From Paramoeba atlantica (taxonomy: Eukaryota > Protista > Discosea), in the NCBI GenBank assembly GCA_977017575.1, contig CDRNVI010000114.1, forward strand, positions 1-41,951: 41,951 bases of DNA. The letters are read 5' to 3'. Below, one piece after another: positions 33,775-41,951 of the stretch. The notes under the pieces were generated by a model that had not been told where the DNA came from, made no database searches, and saw only the letters and a program-made list of their open reading frames with translations. The translations under genes and the position numbers were made by a program. Positions within the stretch are counted from its first letter, which is position 1. Every line of letters begins with the position of its first letter.

Positions 33775-35247
33775 ATGTTATTAAAAATTTTACTTTTTTT
33801 ACCATTATTTTTTGCGTTTATTTTAAGTTTAATACCTAAGAAAAAAATTATATTATTAAAACAATTATCTTTATTATTTAGTATAATAATTTTTTTTTAT
33901 TGTATTAAATTATTAGGTAATTTTAATATATATTATTCGTATATTCAATTTCAATCAAGTATTAGTTATTATCCTGGTATGGATTTTAGTATAGGTATAG
34001 ATGGTATTTCTATTTTTTTTATATTATTAATGAGTTTACTTTTACCTATTTCGTTATTAGTAAATTGAGAAAGTGTGAAATATCGTAATAAAGATTTTAC
34101 TATTACTTTATTTATATTAGAATTTTTAGTTTTTTGTATTTTTTGTTGTTTAGATATATTTTTTTTTTATATATTTTTTGAAGGTGTTTTAATACCTATG
34201 TTTTTTATTATAGGTATATGAGGTTCAAGACAACGAAAAATTCATGCTGTTTATCAATTTTTTTTATATACTTTTTTTGGATCAATATTTATGTTAGTAT
34301 CTTTTTTAATAATTTACTTACATGTAGGTTCTACAAATTGAAATATAATTAAATATATTGAATTTTCTGATCAACGACAATTAATATTATGATTAGGTTT
34401 TTTTATAGCATTTGCTATAAAAGTACCAATGATACCTTTTCATATATGATTACCAGAAGCTCATGTCGAAGCACCTACAACAGGTTCTATCTTATTAGCT
34501 GGTATTTTATTAAAATTAGGTACTTATGGTTTTTTAAGATTTTTATTACCTTTATTTCCTTATGGAATGAAATTTTTTTCACCTTTAGTTATAGTTATTT
34601 GTATAATTAGTGTTATATACGGTTCGTTAGTAACAATTAGACAAATAGATTTGAAAAAAATAATAGCATATTCATCTGTTGTACATATGAATTTTGCAAT
34701 AATAGGTTTATTTGCTAATAATTTAGAAGGTTTACAAGGTAGTTTATTCTTAATGATTAGTCATGGTATAATATCAAGTTCTTTATTTTTTTGCATAGGT
34801 GTTTTATATGATCGTTATCATAGTCGTATATTATATTATTATGGAGGTTTAGTACAAGTTATGCCTATATTTGCTGTAATATTTATGATTTTTTCTTTAA
34901 GTAATATGGGCTTCCCTGGAACAAGTGGTTTTATTGGTGAAATTTTAATATTAATAGGAGTTTTTTTATGAAATATAAAAATTTCATTATTATTATTTAC
35001 TAGTGTTGTTTTTGCAGCTGTTTATTCAATATGGTTATATAATAGATTAATTTTCGGTGAAATAAAAAATTATAATATAATGATTTATAATAATTTTTAT
35101 TATAAAAAATGATTTATAAAATTTTCAGATATTACTAAAAGAGAATTCTTTTTAATATTACCATTTATTTTTTTAAATTTTTTATTAGGTTTTTATCCTG
35201 ATTTAATTTTTAATGTAACTTATCTATCAATTTTATCACTTATTTAA
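33775..35247 (+). CDS. nad4: NADH dehydrogenase subunit 4
   Basis: FEGVLIPMFFIIGIWG, KVPMIPFHIWLPEAHVEAP, DLKKIIAYSSVVHM, SHG, GFPGTSGFIGE. Confidence 0.98.
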
Positions 35248-35258
35248 ATTTAATTATT

Positions 35259-36752
35259 ATGAATTTTACAATTATTTTTAAAAATCAGGAATATCATTCT
35301 ATATATAATGATATTAAATATTTATTACCAGAAATATTTTTAATTTCTGGTGTTTTATTAATTTTAGTATTTATTATTTTTTATTCAAATATTAATGTAT
35401 ATAAATATATAAAATTAGTTTATTGTACTATTAATTTATTGGTATTTATATTAATATTATTTATATTATTAAATATTAATAATATAGATAATAATTTTAT
35501 TATTTCATCTTATTTATTATATAGTGACGGTATAATTTTTTTTTATAAAAATTTATTGTCAATAATTATGATTATATTATTAGTTACTTCTTATAATTAT
35601 ATGAGATTAAATAAATTATTAATATTTGAATTTTATATATTAATGTTATTATCTTTTATTGGTATGATAACTTTATTATTATCATATGATTTTATTACAG
35701 CATATCTTTCTATCGAATTACAAAGTTTATGTTTTTATATTTTAGCGGCAATAAATAGAAATAAGAATAGTTCTATAGAAGCTGGTTTAAAATATTTTAT
35801 ATTAGGATCATTTTCATCAAGTTTATTAATAGTAGGTATAGCAATTATATATGGTGTAACTGGATTTACTAATTTTTATGATTTATCAAAATTATTTGAA
35901 TTAGGTTTATATAATATAAATTGGGATTCTTATATATTTATAGGTTTATTATTTATTAATATAGGATTATTTTTCAAATTAGCTATACCTCCGTTTCATA
36001 TATGATTACCAGATATTTATGAAGGTTCTTTGAAAATAGTATTAGCTATTTTTGCATTATTGCCTAAATTGGCTATATTAATATTTTTTTGAAAAATATA
36101 TTCTATAATTTTAATAAAAGATTTAATCGACTGACAAATATTTTTTTTAATATTTATACTATTATCTTGATTTATAGGTATATTAGGGGCTTTACAATCT
36201 AAAAAATTTTCAAGATTAATAGCTTACAGTTCTATTAATCATATGGGTTTTATATTATTAATTTTAATATTAAATGATGTATTGACTTTAACTTTATATA
36301 TAATAATTTATATTTTAGCTTTAATAAATATTTTAATAATATGATTAAATATATTTAAATTTAATAATTATAAAGGGATTAATACTATATATCAATTTTT
36401 ATATATTATAAAATCTAATAATTTATTATTTATAATTTTATTAATAGCTATATTTTCATTAGCAGGAATACCACCATTAGCTGGATTTTTCAGTAAATTT
36501 TTTATTTTCATTAGTGCATTAAAACAAAATTATTATTTATTAGTAGTAATTGGACTTTTATTTAGTGTAGTTAGTTGTTTTTATTATTTAAGGTTAATAA
36601 AAATTATTATGTTTAATAATAGTTTTTATTGATTTTTTTTAACTCCTTTAAAAAGAAGTTATGCTTACATAATTGTTATATTATTTGTAGTAAATTCGAT
36701 TTTTATATTATTATTGCCTTTTTTATTAGAATATTTAAATTATATAATATAA
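35259..36752 (+). CDS. nad2: NADH dehydrogenase subunit 2
   Basis: IELQSLCFYILA, EAGLKYFILG, FKLAIPPFHIWLPDIYEG, AYSSINHMG, SLAGIPPLAGFFSK. Confidence 0.97.
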
Positions 36753-36764
36753 TAATAATAATTT

Positions 36765-37370
36765 ATGAAGTATTTATATTTAAATCAGTTAATTTCAAGT
36801 AATTATAATATATCTTTACATAAAAAAAATAAATGAGGTAGACAACAAATTAATAATATAATTGGTTGATGTAAATTACATAATTATGTAATTATAGATA
36901 TTGTTTCTATATTTTTTAATATAAAAAATATAATTAATATAATTAATTATATTTCAACTAAATTAGGTATATCTTTATTATGTTTATTATCAGATAGTAA
37001 TATAATTAATACTTCATTAAAAAGAGTAAAAATAAAAAATTTTTATATGGTATATTTAGATAAAATTTATGGTTTTATATCTAATTTTTATATGTTTATT
37101 AAAAAAGGTCGAAAACATTATAAAAATATAGTTAATTATAGATCAAAAAGGTTACCTGATATAGTATTTATGTCAAAAGATAGTTGAAAAGATTATAATA
37201 ATTTTTTTAAAATATTTTTAGAATATAAAATATTATCTATAAAAAACACATCATTTTTAGAAAAGGATATTCATATTTGTTATAATATTATGGTTAATAA
37301 TTCTTTAATTATATATAATTTATGAAAATATATATATAAGCAAAATAGAATTTTATTTAAAAAATGTTAA
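36765..37370 (+). CDS. rps2: Mitochondrial ribosomal protein S2, divergent
   Basis: H..KW..NIIG..YVIIDI N-terminal pattern and RLPDIVF; 201 aa in frame. Confidence 0.7.
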
Positions 37371-38077
37371 AAGTAAATTATAAAAAATTAAATTTAATAA
37401 GAGTTTATAAAAGAGATCTTTGAGGTAGAATAATATTAAATAGAAAATTATTATTAATTAGAAATTATATTATTAAATTATTAAAAATAAAAAAATTTAA
37501 ATATAATAAAAGAATAAATTTTTATAGGATTAATAATTTTGAGAAACCTGTATATTTTAGAAGAAGAACTAGATATGGTAAATATTTTATTTTACGAAGA
37601 CAATTTAGAATTTTTTATGGTTTTTTAAGTATTAAAAATATAAAAAAAATCATAAAAAAAAGTTTTAAAAAAAAATATGCTTTAAGTTATTTTATTTATA
37701 TGATGGAATCTAGATTAGATGTATTAGTTTATAGATTACATTTAGTTAAAAGTGTTAGATCAGCTAGACAATGAATATTTAATGGTAATATTATTGTTAA
37801 TAATAATATTATAATTAATCCACAATATAATTTAAAAAAAGGTGATATATTAACTTTAAATAAAAAAAAAATATTATATTTTAAAAAAAAATTATATTAT
37901 AATATAAAAACAAAAAATTGATCTCGAAGTATTATACCTAATTATATTGAATATGATTATAATAATTTTGTTTTTAAATTTATAAGTCTTAATATATATG
38001 ATGTACCTTTTTTTGCTCCGGTTACTTCTTATACTTTTTTAAATATAATGAATTTTTATACAAGATATTATTTTTAA
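37364..38077 (+). CDS. rps4: Mitochondrial ribosomal protein S4
   Basis: KRDLWG N-terminus; S4 domain MESRLDVLVYRL..SARQWIFNGNIIVN..KKGDIL. Confidence 0.93.
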
Positions 38078-38192
38078 TTTATTAAAATAATAATATCTTT
38101 AAACTTGATCTTTTTTTGTTTTGTGTGTTTATTTATCGTTATTACACATAAATTTATTATAATAATAATTATGTATTTTAAGATAAATAATT

Positions 38193-39692
38193 ATGGACGC
38201 TAATAATCAGCAAAATAATATTTATTTTGGAATTGTAATTAAAGTTAAGGATGGTATTGCAACAATTAAAGGATTAGAAAACGCTAAAGCAGGAGAAGTT
38301 TTAGAATTTTCTAGTGGTGCTAAAGGATTAGCATTAAACTTAGCTGAAAATGAAATTAGTTCTGTTATTTTTGGTAATGAACAATTAATTAAACAAGGGG
38401 TTCGAGTCAAAAATACAGGTAAATTAATGACTATTAATATTTCTTCTAAATTATTAGGTAGAGTTATTAATGCTATAGGTGAGCCTATAGATAATGATAC
38501 AGCTATTGCTGCAACAGAAGTTAAAAATGTTGAGCAAAAAGCAGTAGGTATTATCGCTAGACAATCTGTTCATGAACCTATGTTAACAGGTATGAAATCT
38601 ATAGATTCTTTAATTCCTATAGGTCGTGGTCAACGTGAATTAATTATTGGTGATAGACAAACAGGTAAAACTTCTATAGCTGTCGATACTATTATTAATC
38701 AATTAAATTATAATAATAATGTTGATTTTAAAAATGTTAATTTATATTGTGTTTATGTAGCTATTGGTCAAAAAAAATCAACAGCTGCTAGAATATTTAG
38801 TACTTTACAATCATTTCAATCAGCGCAATATACAGTTATTGTAAGTGCATTTGCTTCTGAATCTGCATCATTACAATATTTAGCACCTTATGTAGGTACT
38901 TCTATAAGTGAGTATTTTAGAGATAATAAAAAACATTGTGTCATTATATATGATGATTTAACTAAACATGCTGCCGCTTATAGACAAATGTCTTTATTAT
39001 TAAGAAGACCACCAGGTAGAGAAGCTTATCCAGGAGATGTTTTTTATTTACATTCTAGATTATTAGAAAGATCTTCTAAATTATCTACTAAATTAGGTTC
39101 AGGTTCAATAACCGGTTTACCTGTTATTGAAACATTAGAAGGAGATGTTTCGGCTTATATTCCAACTAATGTTATATCTATTACAGATGGTCAAATATTT
39201 TTAGATACTGAACAATTTTATTCAGGTATAAGACCAGCAGTAAGTGTTGGTTTATCGGTTAGTAGAGTTGGTGGAGCTGCACAACCTAAATTAATGAAAT
39301 CATTAGCAGGTTCTTTAAAGGTTGGTTTAGCCCAATTTAGAGAAGTTGAAAGTTTTGCTAGTTTAGGTTGTGATATAGATCCTGTTACTCAACAATTATT
39401 AGATCGTGGTTATAGATTAACTGAATTATTTGTACAAAGTAGATTTAATAATTATTCATTAGATTTATCTTTATTATCAGTTTTTGCAGGTTCTAAAGGT
39501 TTTTTTGATAAATTAGCTATAAATAAAATAAATGGTGTATTTGAAGAAATGGTTTTAGAAAGTAAAAAATTATTTTGATTACCTTTTTTTCAATTTTTAA
39601 ATGATGTAATTCATCCTGATAAAGTTGGTCTAAATTATAACTTTTTAGAAAGTTTTTTAGGCTCTTATAATAAATGATGTATTAATATTTAA
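38193..39692 (+). CDS. atp1: ATP synthase subunit alpha, 499 aa
   Basis: [19 protein letters not shown] (Walker A), [38 protein letters not shown]; reads through TGA at 39576 to TAA at 39692. Confidence 0.99.
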
Positions 39693-39697
39693 AAAAA

Positions 39698-40717
39698 ATG
39701 ATTAATTTTGTAAATAATATAATTTTTTCAAATTTAGAGGCAGATTATGCTTTACCTGGACAATTAGGTTTTCAATACCCAGCTAATACTATAGCTCGAG
39801 GAATTATTGATTTGCATAATCATATTATGTTTTTTTTAGTTTTTATTGTTGTATTTACTTTTGCTATGATTTATTTCACTTTAAGTACATTTACAATAAA
39901 TAATAATAGTAATTTAGAGATTTTTAATAAAGTAAAAAATTTTTATAATGTAAGAATTTCGCATAATACATTATTAGAAACTCTTTGAATTATAATACCA
40001 AGTTTAATATTAATATCTATAGCAATACCGTCTTTTGCTTTATTATATGCTATGGAAATATCTGGTGTAAGTCTGTTAACAATGAAAGTTACAGGACATC
40101 AGTGATATTGATCTTATTCTTTTGTATTTAGTTTAGATAATCCTCAAATTGTATATGATATTGCGAGTAATACAAATATAGAGTTAGGAGGTTCTTTTTC
40201 AAATAATATAGCTGAATTTAGTTTCGATAGTTATATGGTACCTACTAATGAATTATCAGATAAAGGTTTACGTTTATTAGAAACTACAAATCCAGTAGTA
40301 TTGCCTGTAGATACTTTTATAAAAGTATATGTAACAGCTAGTGATGTATTACATTGTTGAGCTGTCCCTTCATTAGGTATAAAAATAGATGCTTGTCCTG
40401 GTAGGTTAAATCAGGTAAATTTATTTATAGATAGAATTGGTCATTTTTATGGTCAATGTAGTGAATTATGTGGTGTAAATCATGGTTTTATGCCTATTGA
40501 AATATATAGTATAACTAAATTAGATTATATTACATATTTATGTTTAGCTTGTGAAGATTTTAGAAATAATTCGTTTAATCAACTAATAAATTATTATCAT
40601 TATTTTTATGAAGATGGAAGTAATGCTATTGTTTTTACTAGAGGTTTCTATGATTGATGACAAGATCAACTTAATTTATCAATAAAAGAATTTTTAAATA
40701 AAGAAAATAGTATATAA
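39698..40717 (+). CDS. cox2: Cytochrome c oxidase subunit 2, 339 aa, with insertions and a C-terminal extension
   Basis: LGFQ, GHQWYWSY, DVLHCWAVP, CuA motif [12 protein letters not shown]. Confidence 0.98.
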
Positions 40718-40720
40718 AAT

Positions 40721-41590
40721 ATGATTAATAAATTTAAACATTTTCATTTTTGACATATTGTAACAATTAGTCCATGACCTTTATTATTATCTATGTTTGC
40801 ATTATCAATGCCAGTAGGTTTAGTAACTTTTTTTCAAGGATTTTATTATGGTGTACCTGTATTTTTTATAGGTTTAATTATGGTAATATTTATTATATGT
40901 TTATGATTTAGAGATATAGTAATTGAAGCAAGTTATGAAGGTCATCATACTAAACAAGTTCAATCAAGCTTAATTATAAGCTTTTTACTTTTTATTTTTT
41001 CAGAAGTAATGCTTTTTGTAGCTTTTTTCTGAGCTTTTTTTCATTCAAGTATTTTTCCTACAGTAGAATTAAATTGTAGTTGACCTCCCGTAGGAATGAG
41101 TGAAATAATTATGGATCCTTTTGGTATTCCTTTATTAAATACTTTATTATTATTAACATCAGGTGCTACTTTAACTTTAGCACATTTATATTTAAAACAA
41201 GGATATATGGATAAATGTTTATTAACTATGGTTGTTACAATTGTATTTGCTGTATTATTTTTATCTTTTCAGTTTTATGAATATAGTGTTTCTGCTTTTG
41301 ATATTTCAGATGGTGTTTATGGTTCAACTTTTTTTTGTTGTACTGGTTTACATGGTTTTCACGTTATTGTTGGTACTATAGCTTTAAGTATGACTACTTA
41401 TCGTATATATTTATCACATTTTTCACGTAATCACCATTTAGGTTTTGAATTTGCAGCTTGATATTGACATTTTGTTGATGTAGTATGATTATTTTTATAT
41501 ATGATTATATATTGTTGAGGTAGTGATATGGTAGCTCCTCTTATATTAGAATTAAAAGATGGAAAAGAGAATATTTTTTATTTAGTATAA
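40721..41590 (+). CDS. cox3: Cytochrome c oxidase subunit 3
   Basis: SPWP, WFRD..EGHHT, SEVMLFVAFFWAFFH, PLLNTLLLLTSG, TGLHGFHV, WYWHFVDVVW. Confidence 0.98.
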
Positions 41591-41597
41591 ATTTACA

Positions 41598-41951
41598 ATG
41601 ACTAAAAATAGTTTTTTTAAATGATTTTATTCAACCAATCATAAGCATATAGGAACTTTATATTTAATTTTTGCTATATTTGCTGGTGTAATTGGTACTA
41701 CATTCTCTGTTATGATGAGAATGGAATTAAGTAATATAGGTGATCAATTTTTTAATGGTGATTACCAAGTTTATAATGTAATTGTAACCGCTCATGGTTT
41801 AATAATGGTTTTCTTTTTAGTAATGCCAGCTTTAATTGGAGGTTTTGGTAATTGATTTTTACCTTTATTTTTATCTGCGCCTGATATGGCTTTTCCTAGA
41901 TTAAATAATTTAAGTTTTTGATTATTACCACCTTCTTTCTTTTTATTAGTT
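41598..41951 (+). CDS. cox1: Cytochrome c oxidase subunit 1, 3' truncated by window edge
   Basis: [52 protein letters not shown]. Confidence 0.98.

Larger units (their letters stand above)
11264..41951 (+). other. Protist mitochondrial genome fragment (amoebozoan-like, translation table 4)
   Basis: nad/cob/cox/atp genes including atp8 (MPQLD), plus a reduced ribosomal-protein block; conserved Trp positions use TGA; extreme AT richness; spacers mostly under 20 nt. Confidence 0.97.

Noticed and set aside
749-38410. Short opposite-strand or alternate-frame ORFs (749..979, 2596..2829, 4485..4682, 5662..5868, 6823..7065, 9235..9444, 9850..10032, 10512..10883, 11118..11327, 19023..19229, 33414..33620, 34389..34610, 38222..38410)
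   Set aside because: They are shadows of well-supported genes or the tRNA, with no motifs of their own.
12121-41590. Split genes (nad9, nad5, nad11, nad4, atp6, cox2 and others) suggested by the ORF track
   Set aside because: The breaks are TGA codons at Trp positions and the pieces share a frame.
11264-41951. AT-rich, UGA=Trp bacterial endosymbiont genome with nuo and S10/spc operons
   Set aside because: atp8 (MPQLD), the mitochondrial subset of ribosomal proteins (no L3, L4, L23, S10, L22, L29, S17, L24), no nuoB/E/F/I in the cluster and no other bacterial genes all indicate mtDNA.
39698-41951. Fused cox1/2 as in Acanthamoeba or Dictyostelium
   Set aside because: cox2 ends with TAA at 40717, cox3 intervenes, and cox1 has its own ATG at 41598.

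Overview
The window joins two genomes. Bases 1 to about 11263 are a gammaproteobacterial chromosome (GC in the mid-30s% by eye; gene content suggests Legionellales/Coxiella-like, by inference). It carries dapA-bamC-purC, tRNA-Ser(CGA), an acidic orphan ORF, GST-pncA-pncB, a class II glutamine amidotransferase, an exported nucleoside hydrolase, an L,D-transpeptidase, mscS and the first 17 codons of a probable hpt. From about 11264 to the end is a very AT-rich protist mitochondrial genome (amoebozoan-like, TGA=Trp) with about 37 tightly packed genes, all on the + strand: rps11, rpl19?, nad9, nad7, rpl11, rpl10?, a ribosomal-protein block from rps12 to rps13, a roughly 3.7 kb unidentified frame, atp8, cob, atp4?, nad3, atp6, nad4L, nad5, nad6, nad11, nad1, nad4, nad2, rps2, rps4, atp1, cox2, cox3 and the start of cox1. 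The join falls inside a gene on both sides and shows no mobile-element signature, so an assembly or read chimera is far more likely than true integration, although it may point to an amoeba host and its intracellular bacterium in one sample. Many genes carry 1-bp indels, mostly in homopolymers, consistent with unpolished long reads. Boundaries of frameshifted genes are approximate, and family assignments come from motif recognition, not database searches.
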